A stretch of DNA of 64,000 nucleotides from Candidatus Bathyarchaeota archaeon (GTDB taxonomy: Archaea > Thermoproteota > Bathyarchaeia > Bathyarchaeales > Bathycorpusculaceae), in NCBI GenBank assembly GCA_963720565.1, contig CAVRFW010000005.1, positions 224,001 through 288,000 on the forward strand, written 5' to 3'. This document shows, piece after piece, positions 1 through 9,748 of this stretch. Every line of letters begins with the position of its first letter. The first letter of the stretch is position 1. Position numbers and translations under genes: made by a program. A model generated the notes under the pieces. That model was not told the origin of the DNA. It did no database searches and worked only from the letters and a program-made list of their open reading frames with translations.

Positions 1-306
1 TGTTGTTCCGTCTCCTACCATGTCGTCTTGTGTTTTGGCAATCTCGACCATCATCTTTGCCGCAGGATGTTCAACGTCTATTTCATTGAGAATTGCTGCA
101 CCATCGTTTGTTATGGTTATGTCTCCCAGACTGTCAACCAGCATTTTATCCATACCGCGTGGTCCGAGTGTTGTCTTGAGGACTTCCCCCACCACTCTTG
201 CTGCCATTATGTTGTTTCTTTGCGCTTCTTTTCCTCTGCTTCTTGTTGTGCCTTCTTTCAGTATTAGAACTGGTTGTCCTGAACCTGTTGTTGTCAAATA
301 CGCCAT
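1..306 (-). CDS. ths: Thermosome (group II chaperonin) subunit, 5' part, runs off the window start
   Basis: Manual translation from ATG at 306: [36 protein letters not shown]...[29 protein letters not shown]...VGDGTT; not in the ORF track. Confidence 0.97.
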   Translation of the reverse strand, partial: MAYLTTTGSGQPVLILKEGTTRSRGKEAQRNNIMAARVVGEVLKTTLGPRGMDKMLVDSLGDITITNDGAAILNEIDVEHPAAKMMVEIAKTQDDMVGDGTT

Positions 307-558
307 TTTGTTAACCTCACTTTCCTCGGTAGAATTTGTTTTAATCGGAATTAAGCAAAAATCCAACGGAAATATAAATCTTTACCCTTACAGATCGACG
401 AAGTTGTGAGTATTGAGAGGTTAAACAGCCTCACTATATCTTGTTAGAAAAACCGATTGGTGAGCAGCCTCTGTTATTCCTGAAGCTAATGTCTACATTG
501 GCAACTTAAGAAAAAGCCGAAGCGGCGCGCGCTTGGACTTTGGATTTGGATTGGTATG

Positions 559-1659
559 TTACTTGACTGCAAAGTTAGCGCACAATTCTTCAACTGTTCG
601 GTTTTGTGTCAGTTCGGCCGCGTTTTGCGCGTAATCCAATATTCTTCTTGAGCTGTCAAGCATCAACCTTAGAATTGCAGAGATGTTTGGATCCAGTTTT
701 TTGCTCGACATCAGCCGGATTAAGTCGTTCTCAAGAGTGACCAAGGACCCGCGCTTGGTAATTATTCCCTCAGCATAATTGTAGTCTCTCTTGAATAGGG
801 CTTTTGTTGCATCCTCAAACAGTTGGTGTGCTGCAGAATTAAAGTTGAGTAACTGCGAAAACACTTCCTCGTCAACAGGCTCTTTTATGAACAATTGTTG
901 ATCATCGATGAGTTTTTGGAATGTGGCAAGATTATTAGCGATGTTAAACGCGTTCTCGGCGATATTCTTTATGTCGTTAACTATGATTCTGTACAAAAGG
1001 AACTCCTTGGGTGTCCTGAACTCCAGTTCCCTGTACATATTATGCTCAATGCCAAACTTCAATTGGCGAACAACATACAAACCCAAGCGGTTCGCGTCGT
1101 TTCGGGCATTAACAATGTTCTGGAACTGCTCGAGATTTCGAGTCTTCAAAGAGGAGATTGCGTCCTTGTTTGCTGAAAGCGCTATTATCGCCATTCTTCG
1201 CACAGCTCTTTCTATGGGAAATTCTGAGTGCTTGATAAGAATCTGAATAGTTACCTCATCCGAGGTTTCATCGATTACTTCGGCGCCAAGAAAAGTCTCT
1301 CTGACGAAGCTCTTTATCTCAACTTTGCATTTAGTCGCATGTTCCTCGCTTCTGAAATGTATTCGTATTACGTCCGCACTTATGACGTACAAAGCTTGTA
1401 TCATTCGAAGAGCGTACTGTAGAGGCTGTTTGGGATCAACATTTATGTAATACTCCTTGGACTTGGATTCCCCCTCATCGAGTCTTTCGCGTATCTTTCG
1501 TGGAATCAAGGTCAGGGATGTATCAGCCTGAACGTTGAAGGCGATTTCGCTTCCTTTCTTTAGTCCGATGTCTTGGACCCATTCTTTAGGCAAGCTGATG
1601 ATGAACGAGCCTCTGCCTGTGGATTGAACGCGTCTATATCCCAAGTCTTTCTTTGCCAT
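559..1659 (-). CDS. AbrB/PhoU-family transcriptional regulator
   Basis: N-terminal AbrB-like RRVQSTGRGSFIISLPKEW followed by two PhoU-like helical repeats; start probably MAKK at 1659 (ORF extends to 1683). Confidence 0.85.
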   Translation of the reverse strand: MAKKDLGYRRVQSTGRGSFIISLPKEWVQDIGLKKGSEIAFNVQADTSLTLIPRKIRERLDEGESKSKEYYINVDPKQPLQYALRMIQALYVISADVIRIHFRSEEHATKCKVEIKSFVRETFLGAEVIDETSDEVTIQILIKHSEFPIERAVRRMAIIALSANKDAISSLKTRNLEQFQNIVNARNDANRLGLYVVRQLKFGIEHNMYRELEFRTPKEFLLYRIIVNDIKNIAENAFNIANNLATFQKLIDDQQLFIKEPVDEEVFSQLLNFNSAAHQLFEDATKALFKRDYNYAEGIITKRGSLVTLENDLIRLMSSKKLDPNISAILRLMLDSSRRILDYAQNAAELTQNRTVEELCANFAVK

Positions 1660-1929
1660 GAATATCCCCTTCATATGTTTCATTTAGATGATATAATTCA
1701 TTAACTTACATATAAATGATTTTCAATATGGTTATATGGAATATGTGTAGCTAATATAAGTTGATTGCTGTGAAAAAAGGTGAATTACACGCCCGTAAAC
1801 ATGTGTAGAGGTCAAATAAAAAGCGCTGGACAGACCACCACTACCAAAGCCGTTTTTTCTACAAACGATATGGACCTCTACCTTTTCGTGCTCACCTGCA
1901 CGCGTTAACAGCACGGCAAGGGAACTGCA

Positions 1930-2373
1930 GTGAGAAGAATAATCGCCAAAGAAGAATTATGCATGGGTTGTGGTCTCTGCGAGGTATACTGCACTGTCCA
2001 GCACTCTAAGACAAAAGATGTAGTAAAGACTTACAATAAGGAAAAGCCCAGGCCTATCAGTAGGGTAAGGCTTGAAGTAAATAGACCTGTTAGCTTCGCC
2101 GCACAATGCCGCCACTGCGAAGATGCTTCCTGCGTTACTGCTTGCCTATCTGGAGCCATGACAAAAGACGAAAAAACTGGTATGATTATGCATGACCCAG
2201 AGAAGTGTATAGGTTGCTGGACCTGCGTTATGGTGTGCCCCTACGGTGCCATCAAAATGGACATTAACAAGAAAATCGTGGCGAAATGTGACTTATGCTC
2301 CGAACTAGAGGTTCCAGCATGCGTTGCCAACTGCCCCAACGGAGCATTAGTGATCAAAGAGGTGAAGCGCTAA
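1930..2373 (+). CDS. 4Fe-4S dicluster ferredoxin-like protein (CooF/HydN type)
   Basis: CMGCGLCEVYC, CRHCEDASCVTAC, CIGCWTCVMVCP and CDLC...CVANCP motifs. Confidence 0.9.
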   Translation: MRRIIAKEELCMGCGLCEVYCTVQHSKTKDVVKTYNKEKPRPISRVRLEVNRPVSFAAQCRHCEDASCVTACLSGAMTKDEKTGMIMHDPEKCIGCWTCVMVCPYGAIKMDINKKIVAKCDLCSELEVPACVANCPNGALVIKEVKR

Positions 2374-3647
2374 TGTCAAAATATGTGATTATCGGCGCCT
2401 CAGCAGCAGGTATCGGCGCAGTAGAAGCCATAAGAGAAGTAGATTCATCAGGCACTATAGTGGTTATTTCTGAAGAACAATACCCTCACTATTCTCGCCC
2501 TATGATTTCGGACTTCGTCAGCGGCAAAGCCAATATAGAGAAGATCAAATTTAGAAAGGACGACTTCTGGGAAAGCATTGGCGCCCAAATTTTGACATGC
2601 AGAACTGCAATAGCTCTAAACCTGACTGACAAGTCAGTTACGCTCGATAAAGGCGACAGAATTGGCTTCGAAAAGCTTCTAATCGCCACGGGCGGAAAAC
2701 CATTCGTGCCCAAAATAGAAGGTGCAGATAAAGCCGGCGTATTCACATTTACATCCATATCTGACGCGGAGCAGGTGGCAAAAAAGCTCGAAACAGCCAA
2801 AGCAGCGGTTGTCATCGGCGCAGGCCTCATTGGCATCAGCGTCACTGAAGCCTTGGTAAAACAAGGAGTCAAAGTAACCGTCGTAGAACTGCAAGACAAA
2901 ATTCTGAGTCTGCTGCTTGACCCAAAGGGTTCAGACATCGTTGAAAGCGTTATCAAAAGATCAGGTGTTACAATAATCACAAGCCAGTCTGTTCAACGAA
3001 TAGTAGGAAAGCCAGAAGATGACAAGACAGTAGGCGGAGTAATGCTGACAAAAGGCGATCAGATACCCTGCGACTTGGTGATTTTCGCCATAGGAGTCAC
3101 CCCACGCACCGAGATAGTCTCAAGAACCGATGTGAAAACAAACCGGGGCATAATAGTCGACAATCTCATGCAAACAAACGTTCCAGACGTTTACGCTGGA
3201 GGCGACGTTGCAGAAACATACGATTTCATCCTAAACCAAAACCGCCAGCTACCACTTTGGCCACTTGCTGTATTGGAAGGCCGAGCTGCAGGCTTCAACA
3301 TGGCCGGCAAAAAAACCAGCTACATGGGAGGCACCAGCATGAGCGCACTGAAGTACTTCGACATACCTGTCATCTCATGTGGTATCACCAACCCAAAAGA
3401 AAGCGGCACCTTTGAAATCTTAACCCTGGAAGACCCCGCAAGAAGCATTTACAAAAAACTCGTGCTCAAAGACAACATAATCGTGGGCATGATCCTCTTG
3501 AATGATATTGAAAGGGCGGGGATATTGTTCCAACTAATGAAAAAGCGTGAAAACGTTAAGAAAATCAAGCATGAGCTTCTCCAAGAAGACTTCGGACTTG
3601 CCACTCTACCCCTGTCCATGAGAAAGAAAGTCTACTCGGGGGAATGA
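2373..3647 (+). CDS. FAD/NAD(P)-dependent oxidoreductase (NirB/rubredoxin reductase-like)
   Basis: GASAAG and GAGLIG Rossmann motifs, LLIATG, TNVPDVYAGGD; ATG overlaps the upstream TAA (TAATG). Confidence 0.9.
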   Translation: MSKYVIIGASAAGIGAVEAIREVDSSGTIVVISEEQYPHYSRPMISDFVSGKANIEKIKFRKDDFWESIGAQILTCRTAIALNLTDKSVTLDKGDRIGFEKLLIATGGKPFVPKIEGADKAGVFTFTSISDAEQVAKKLETAKAAVVIGAGLIGISVTEALVKQGVKVTVVELQDKILSLLLDPKGSDIVESVIKRSGVTIITSQSVQRIVGKPEDDKTVGGVMLTKGDQIPCDLVIFAIGVTPRTEIVSRTDVKTNRGIIVDNLMQTNVPDVYAGGDVAETYDFILNQNRQLPLWPLAVLEGRAAGFNMAGKKTSYMGGTSMSALKYFDIPVISCGITNPKESGTFEILTLEDPARSIYKKLVLKDNIIVGMILLNDIERAGILFQLMKKRENVKKIKHELLQEDFGLATLPLSMRKKVYSGE

Positions 3648-4780
3648 AAATGCGAACCCCAACCAAAACAAACAACCTATACAACGACGACAAGGACTTC
3701 GATGGCTGCAGCATATTCGGCATGATGAACCTCGAAGGCAACCGTTTCTCATCACGCGACCCAGTCCGAGCGATAGCAAACATGCACGACAGGGGAAACG
3801 GGTTAGGCGGCGGTTTCGCAATCTACGGCGTCTACCCTGCTTTCAAGGACTACTATGCTTTCCACATACTGTACTTAAGCAGAGAAGCTAAGGACAGAAC
3901 TGACAGAACACTAGCTGCGGCTTTTAACATAATCTACGATGAAGAGATGCAAACCCAACCCGCCAACGTGAAGGACCCCCCTCTAGTGTGGAGATACTTT
4001 GTCCAACCCAAAAAACGACAACTGGGAAGTAATACAGAAGACGATTATGTAGCCAAAAAAGTTATGCGAATAAACACAGAAACGGGGAAAGCCTTTGTCT
4101 TTTCAAGCGGCAAAAACATGGGCGTCTTCAAAGGTGTTGGCTACCCCGAGGATATAGCAGACTTCTTCTGTCTGGAGGATTATCAGGGCTACCTGTGGAC
4201 TGTTCATGGAAGATTCCCAACAAACACCCCCGGCTGGTGGGGAGGCGCACATCCATTCAACATACTGGATTGGACAGTCGTTCACAACGGAGAACTATCT
4301 TCCTACGGTATCAACAAACGGTACTTGGAAATGTACGGCTACAAATGCACCATGCAAACAGACACCGAAGTCCTGGCTTATGCCGTAGATTTGCTTATGC
4401 GAAGGCAGCACTTGCCTATTGACTTAGTGGCAAACATTCTAGCTGCGCCGTTGTGGAGTGAGATAGACACAATGGCGCCTGAAAAGCAAACTCTTCACAA
4501 GGTTCTCCGTCAGACCTACGGCAGCCTGTTGATGAACGGTCCTTTCAGCATTATTTTGGCACATCATGGAGAGATGATTGGATTAACTGACAGAATTAAA
4601 CTGCGCCCCTTAGTTGCGGGAACTAGAGGCGACTTTCTATACTTATCCTCTGAGGAAGCAGCAATGCGGCTTGTTTCGCCAATTTTGGATAGGTTTTGGT
4701 ATCCTCGTGGCGGCGAACCGGTGGTCGGGAGACTCCACATCAAATCCAACTCTGTAGCTCCAGCAAACGCGGAGACGTGA
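3644..4780 (+). CDS. gltB1: Glutamate synthase amidotransferase subunit (class II GATase, GltB domain 1)
   Basis: DGCSIFG nucleophile Cys, HGRFPTN, WGGAHPF, HNGE, TDTE. Confidence 0.9.
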   Translation: MKMRTPTKTNNLYNDDKDFDGCSIFGMMNLEGNRFSSRDPVRAIANMHDRGNGLGGGFAIYGVYPAFKDYYAFHILYLSREAKDRTDRTLAAAFNIIYDEEMQTQPANVKDPPLVWRYFVQPKKRQLGSNTEDDYVAKKVMRINTETGKAFVFSSGKNMGVFKGVGYPEDIADFFCLEDYQGYLWTVHGRFPTNTPGWWGGAHPFNILDWTVVHNGELSSYGINKRYLEMYGYKCTMQTDTEVLAYAVDLLMRRQHLPIDLVANILAAPLWSEIDTMAPEKQTLHKVLRQTYGSLLMNGPFSIILAHHGEMIGLTDRIKLRPLVAGTRGDFLYLSSEEAAMRLVSPILDRFWYPRGGEPVVGRLHIKSNSVAPANAET

Positions 4781-4783
4781 TAG

Positions 4784-6295
4784 ATGAAGACGTATTTGAT
4801 GCCCGAATATCTTGTTGACCGGGACAAGGAAAGATGCATTCGCTGCAAAGTGTGTGTAAATCAATGCACGTATGAAACACACAGCTACGATAGAGAAGAG
4901 GATGTCATCTGCAGCAAAGATGAAAACTGCGTCAACTGTCAACGCTGCGTTACCCTGTGTCCAACACATGCTATTACCATACGGAAGAACCCGAATGTTA
5001 ACCGCGAGAATTCCAATTGGACATACGAAGTGATCCGTGACTTGAAGAGACAGGCGGAATCTGGTGGCGTCATATTGACAGGTATGGGGTGCGATAAACC
5101 CCACTTCACCTATTGGGATCGCCTTGTGTTAAATGCCAGTCAGGTTACGAACCCTTCGATTGACCCGTTGCGGGAGCCAATGGAGATTAGGACTTTCTTA
5201 GGCGCGAAACCGGATGAATTAATCATAGAGCAAGAGAATGGTGCAATGGTGCTGAAGACCGAACTTGCGCCGCAGTTGTGTTTGGATACTCCGATCATGT
5301 TTTCAGCGATGTCTTATGGGGCCGTTAGCTTGAACGTGCACGAAGCACTGGCGCGCGCCGCAACTGAATGCGGGACATACTTCAATAGCGGTGAGGGAGG
5401 CCTAGACAAGAGCCTATACAAGTACAGCGCTCACGCGATTGTTCAGGTAGCCTCAGGTAGATTCGGGGTTCACCCAAAATACCTAGATAACAGCGCTGCC
5501 ATCGAAATAAAAATTGGCCAAGGCGCAAAGCCGGGGATTGGCGGGCATCTGCCCGGCGAGAAAGTGACCGAGGATATTGCTCGCACACGTATGATTCCAA
5601 CTGGCACAGATGCACTCTCACCAGCACCCCAACACGACATTTATTCGATAGAAGATCTCAGACAATTGATTTATGCGTTAAAAGAAGCTACCAATTACTC
5701 AAAACCCGTGTCGGTAAAAATCGCCGCCGTCCATAACGTAGCTGCGATTGCTAGCGGAATGGTTCGCGCTGGCGCGGATATCATAGCAATAGACGGAATA
5801 CGAGGCGCAACCGGAGCAGCACCGAAGGTAATCCGAGATAACGTGGGGATACCAATTGAACTGGCTGTCGCACAGGTAGACCAGCGTTTGCGTGATGAAG
5901 GCATACGAAACAAAGCATCTCTCATTGCAGCCGGCGGCATAAGAGGCAGCTCGGACATCGTCAAAGCAATCGCGCTGGGCGCTGACGCAGTCTACATAGC
6001 TACTGCCGCCCTTGTAGCCATTGGCTGCACCGTTTGCCAGCGCTGCTATACAGGAAAATGTCCCTGGGGCATCGCCACTAGCGATCCATGGATTTCTAAG
6101 AGGATTAACCCTAACATCGCTGCAGAGCGACTGGTGAATTTGCTACGGGGCTGGAGCTTGGAAATCACGGACATAATGGGCGGTATGGGAATTAACGCTA
6201 TTGAGAGTCTACGCGGCAACCGCTTAGCATTACGCGGAGTAGGGCTAACTGATAATGAGCTTAAAATCTTAGGTGTAAAAGCAGCTGGAGAATAG
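4784..6295 (+). CDS. gltB2: Archaeal-type glutamate synthase FMN subunit with N-terminal 2x[4Fe-4S]
   Basis: SAMSYGA, NSGEGG, QVASGRFGV, EIKIGQGAKPGIGGHLPG, CTVCQRCYTGKCPWG. Confidence 0.95.
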   Translation: MKTYLMPEYLVDRDKERCIRCKVCVNQCTYETHSYDREEDVICSKDENCVNCQRCVTLCPTHAITIRKNPNVNRENSNWTYEVIRDLKRQAESGGVILTGMGCDKPHFTYWDRLVLNASQVTNPSIDPLREPMEIRTFLGAKPDELIIEQENGAMVLKTELAPQLCLDTPIMFSAMSYGAVSLNVHEALARAATECGTYFNSGEGGLDKSLYKYSAHAIVQVASGRFGVHPKYLDNSAAIEIKIGQGAKPGIGGHLPGEKVTEDIARTRMIPTGTDALSPAPQHDIYSIEDLRQLIYALKEATNYSKPVSVKIAAVHNVAAIASGMVRAGADIIAIDGIRGATGAAPKVIRDNVGIPIELAVAQVDQRLRDEGIRNKASLIAAGGIRGSSDIVKAIALGADAVYIATAALVAIGCTVCQRCYTGKCPWGIATSDPWISKRINPNIAAERLVNLLRGWSLEITDIMGGMGINAIESLRGNRLALRGVGLTDNELKILGVKAAGE

Positions 6296-6302
6296 AAAAG
6301 AC

Positions 6303-7109
6303 ATGATTGAACAAGAAAAGATTGATGCAGGAACATATTTGCAACTGCATTCACCCCATGCGAAAATGAAAAATCACGTGTGGAGAGTTGATGCAGACGG
6401 AATGCACTACAAAGACCTTAACAGTCTTCTAAGAACGATTGTCAGCAAAGGCGCTGAGCGAGTTGAGATCCGCAATGTCTGCGGGCAAAGATACATAGGA
6501 ACCGACTTGGAAACCGATAGTCAAATTGATATCTATGGGACTCCCGGAAACGACTTGGGCGCATTCATGAATGGTCCAAAATTGGTAGTTCATGGAAACG
6601 TACAGGAAGGCTGTGGCAACACGATGAATGAGGGACAAATCATAGTTCATGGTAATGCCGGAGACATCACTGGGCACTCGATGCGTGGAGGAAGCATCTT
6701 CATTCGTGATGATGTTGGGTATCGCGTCGGTATTCACATGAAGGAGTATCACCGCAAGAAACCGAAAATAGTGATTGGCGGTGCTGCACAGGACTTCTTG
6801 GCTGAGTATATGGCAGGGGGCATTGTTCTTGTGCTTGGTTTGACCTTATCCAAAGGCGAGCGATCCAAGGCACGATTTGTCGGCACCGGTATGCACGGCG
6901 GGGTCATTTACGAACGAGGCGACATTATGGAAACAAGCAAAGGCACCAAGTTAATGAAAATCGGAAAGCGCGATACCCGTGTAATTGAAAACCTCGTTGG
7001 GGAATACTGCAATCACTTCGGTCTTAAACGAGAAGAAATCATGAATTGCCAATTCTACAAGATAGTATCCGTTTCCAAGAGACCGTACGAAAACTTGTAC
7101 TCAAATTAG
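6303..7109 (+). CDS. gltB3: Glutamate synthase GXGXG subunit (GltB domain 3/FwdC-like)
   Basis: GQRYIG, GTPGNDLGAFMNG, GNTMNEG, AEYMAGG, GTGMHGG. Confidence 0.9.
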   Translation: MIEQEKIDAGTYLQLHSPHAKMKNHVWRVDADGMHYKDLNSLLRTIVSKGAERVEIRNVCGQRYIGTDLETDSQIDIYGTPGNDLGAFMNGPKLVVHGNVQEGCGNTMNEGQIIVHGNAGDITGHSMRGGSIFIRDDVGYRVGIHMKEYHRKKPKIVIGGAAQDFLAEYMAGGIVLVLGLTLSKGERSKARFVGTGMHGGVIYERGDIMETSKGTKLMKIGKRDTRVIENLVGEYCNHFGLKREEIMNCQFYKIVSVSKRPYENLYSN

Positions 7110-7132
7110 GCATGCTTATCCGGCTAACAAGA

Positions 7133-8206
7133 TTAATGCTTTTGTTCACGAAGTATTCGCGGAACGTAAGCGCACTGGGGATCAGAACCGAAAATATCAC
7201 CTGTATAAAAGAACGCTGAAGTTCGGCATCCGCCACAAATTTCCCGATACTCGCATACACCACATTTACCTTTAAGCTCACTCTTGTTTCGGATTTTCCC
7301 GAAAAACTCTGAAGACTGCATTTCATTCCAGATACTACTAACTGGTTTGACTTTGACGTTTCCAAGCCTGTAAACATCATTGAAACTACATGGGATAACG
7401 TCACCGTTTTCAGAAATACTCATGAACTTGCCAAAGAAACACCTGCCCAAGAAGAAGTGATTATACCAGTTGTCGAAATCCGGCATTCCTCTTTGCTTCG
7501 CCACACGTGCATAAGATGGATAGTAAACGTTGATGGCGGGTTTTTCCTTGTACACTGACTGTAAATCATAGAGCGCGTTCCATGCCCACTCGTTCTGTTG
7601 AGCTGAAGGAGCAGTTTTAAGACGATATTCATCTTTGCTGTGTGGAATAAAACCGTGATAAATCACCCATCTCGCGGAAAATTTCGCCGCCAAATCAAGC
7701 ACATGGGTGAAATCGCCGGTGTTAACATTCGTGATTGACTCGCTAAAGTTGGCAAAAGTGTAAACGAGACAGTTTAGTAATCCCTCGCGTGAAAGTCTCT
7801 CAATCGCTGAGACCGCGTAACTGTAAGTTCCCTTTCCCCGAATCAAGTCGTTTGTGGTTTCGGCGCCGTCAATACTGATGGAAACCCGAACCTCATTCTT
7901 GACAATATTCTCAAACGCGTCAGCATCTAACAGACGCCCATCAGTAATAATGCTGGTGTTTAAACCGATTTTCCGAGCATATGCTAAAATTTTGAAAAGA
8001 TCTTTTCTTAACAAGGCTTCTCCGCCAGTGACTCCGAAAAAACTCGCTCCAAAATCGTATGCCTGATCAACAATCCGCATGGCTTCTGCTGTATTCACTT
8101 CATCCGGGAAAGCAGGTTTCAACGCTGATGCACAATGTACACAGTTGCTGTCGCAGGCAAAGGTACACCGCCAAGGCATAATATACAAAGGCCCTTTTTC
8201 CTTCAA
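7133..8206 (-). CDS. Radical SAM/SPASM domain protein (AhbD/NirJ/PqqE-like)
   Basis: CDSNCVHC motif, TGGEALLR, C-terminal C...GDVIPC...CGVCEYREICGGCR...DPQC. Confidence 0.9.
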   Translation of the reverse strand: MKEKGPLYIMPWRCTFACDSNCVHCASALKPAFPDEVNTAEAMRIVDQAYDFGASFFGVTGGEALLRKDLFKILAYARKIGLNTSIITDGRLLDADAFENIVKNEVRVSISIDGAETTNDLIRGKGTYSYAVSAIERLSREGLLNCLVYTFANFSESITNVNTGDFTHVLDLAAKFSARWVIYHGFIPHSKDEYRLKTAPSAQQNEWAWNALYDLQSVYKEKPAINVYYPSYARVAKQRGMPDFDNWYNHFFLGRCFFGKFMSISENGDVIPCSFNDVYRLGNVKVKPVSSIWNEMQSSEFFGKIRNKSELKGKCGVCEYREICGGCRTSAFFYTGDIFGSDPQCAYVPRILREQKH

Positions 8207-8553
8207 GAAATCCTTCTCCGATAGCCTTGCAATGGTTTACTCAAGACACTTGTTTCCCTATTTAACCTTCACCTAACCCCGAAGAGCAGAAATGAAACAA
8301 TCGAGAGCGAACCCTCACACTCGAATCGATGAGGCAACACCAGCGGAAAAGTACGCGGGGCAGTTCTTTGAGCACGCTCGCGTCCACGGTTCGCTCGCAA
8401 ACAGCACTCTTGGTCGGATGAACTATATCCGTGGGAATTCTATCGCTGAAGACTTATTGAACATCATAAGAGACGCTGAACAGACAACAGGTGAACAGTA
8501 AGGCTTAAGCGCACAGGTTTTCAAATATTTCGTCTTGTCGCAGGAGCATTAGG

Positions 8554-9120
8554 TTGCTTAAGTACATTGAAGAAGATGGAAGATACGTAGAAATCACTGG
8601 TTTTAGAAACATCAGCATCGGAGACCCTGCAGGATTCGTAAAGTCACTTCTTGCGGAGAAGCAGCAGGACATTTGCGTTCAATTCTTCAACGCGAAACTA
8701 GTGGCTACTTGGGAACACCTGTACTTCGCAGCGATAAACGCGCTACTGGCTTACCGCAACAAACGCAACATCTCCAAAACCCTGGCAATGGAAACCATGA
8801 TTTACGCCTCTGGTCAGCGCCAAATCCGAAAAGCTATAGCGCTATTGGGTGTTAAATCAAGCTCTGCAAATATCGCAACAATAATAATTAGCGACAAACC
8901 AGACTCAGTCCAAAAGGCGCTGTCAGCAATTAGGAAGCATATCTGCGCTGAGCCAGATGAGACAGTTCTCGAGTTGACCGAAGACAAAATGCGCGGCATA
9001 TGCAAAAGCTTCAGCATAACTGAGAAAGAGCTGGAGGCAGTAACGAAGAAAAATGACAATAGGCAAGCCATGGTTGACCTCATCATAGAAAGGATGGCTT
9101 TGCTTCAGACCCAGACTTAA
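8554..9120 (+). CDS. cgi121: KEOPS complex subunit Cgi121
   Basis: HLYFAAINAL...NISKTLAMETMIYASGQRQIRKAI...IIERMAL. Confidence 0.9.
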   Translation: MLKYIEEDGRYVEITGFRNISIGDPAGFVKSLLAEKQQDICVQFFNAKLVATWEHLYFAAINALLAYRNKRNISKTLAMETMIYASGQRQIRKAIALLGVKSSSANIATIIISDKPDSVQKALSAIRKHICAEPDETVLELTEDKMRGICKSFSITEKELEAVTKKNDNRQAMVDLIIERMALLQTQT

Positions 9121-9123
9121 GTG

Positions 9124-9651
9124 CTAAAGCATTTTTTCTTTGAGAACAGATATGATGCTGCTCGGTTTTATGAGCGACATGCCCGTAATTCCCCCGAGCA
9201 CTTCAATTAGCAGAACCTTGTCGGGATTATCCAAGTCTGCCTTCCTCTCTATACTATTAGCTGCAGCTTCGATGAAGTCTCGCGAATGCAAACTGGTGAA
9301 CCGTTTTTCAATTGTTACTCTGAAGGTTTCGTTCTCGGCTATGTTTGCTGCAAGTTCAATCGCCACCTTTCTTACCTCATCCAAATTTGTGGCCAAAACC
9401 CTTTCAATCGGTATAATCCTGAGCGCATAGCGGAACTCGTAGGGACGATCCTGCAGAATGCCGCGGAATTTCTCTATGACCTCGCATGGGTCTAAGCTTG
9501 TTTTCGCTGCAACCAACCCTCTAATCCCAGTCTTGGCAACAACTGGTGCTGGATCACCAACCAGCTCTTTGAGTAAGTAGCTCAATTCTGAGCACATTTG
9601 TCTCTCATTTCCACGTGAGGTCGAAACTAGCAGGTTAAAATCCCTTATCAA
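9124..9651 (-). CDS. THUMP domain RNA-binding protein (Tan1-like)
   Basis: FNLLVSTSRGNE, LRIIPIE, ETFRVTIEKR, ADLDNPDKVLLIEVLG. Confidence 0.88.
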   Translation of the reverse strand: MIRDFNLLVSTSRGNERQMCSELSYLLKELVGDPAPVVAKTGIRGLVAAKTSLDPCEVIEKFRGILQDRPYEFRYALRIIPIERVLATNLDEVRKVAIELAANIAENETFRVTIEKRFTSLHSRDFIEAAANSIERKADLDNPDKVLLIEVLGGITGMSLIKPSSIISVLKEKML

Positions 9652-9681
9652 ATACTCAGCTCCTATGTCGGTTAGCTCTAA

Positions 9682-9748
9682 GGGTCAGTGTAGGTATATG
9701 GCTTTTCTCACAGCTCTTGGGCTCGAAGCCGTCGCCTCACATCATCCC
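9682..9748 (-). ncRNA. Candidate box C/D guide sRNA
   Basis: GGG-AUGAUG(U) box C ... CUGA box D-CCC terminal stem, 67 nt; degenerate internal D'/C'; both guides resemble the complement of archaeal 16S helix 34. Confidence 0.55.

Noticed and set aside
20..409. Plus-strand ORFs 20..409 and 28..267
   Set aside because: Antisense shadows of the thermosome gene; the same applies to most short ORFs overlapping the genes called above
8292..8501. 69-aa ORF
   Set aside because: No recognisable motif or SD; the region is better explained by a structured element
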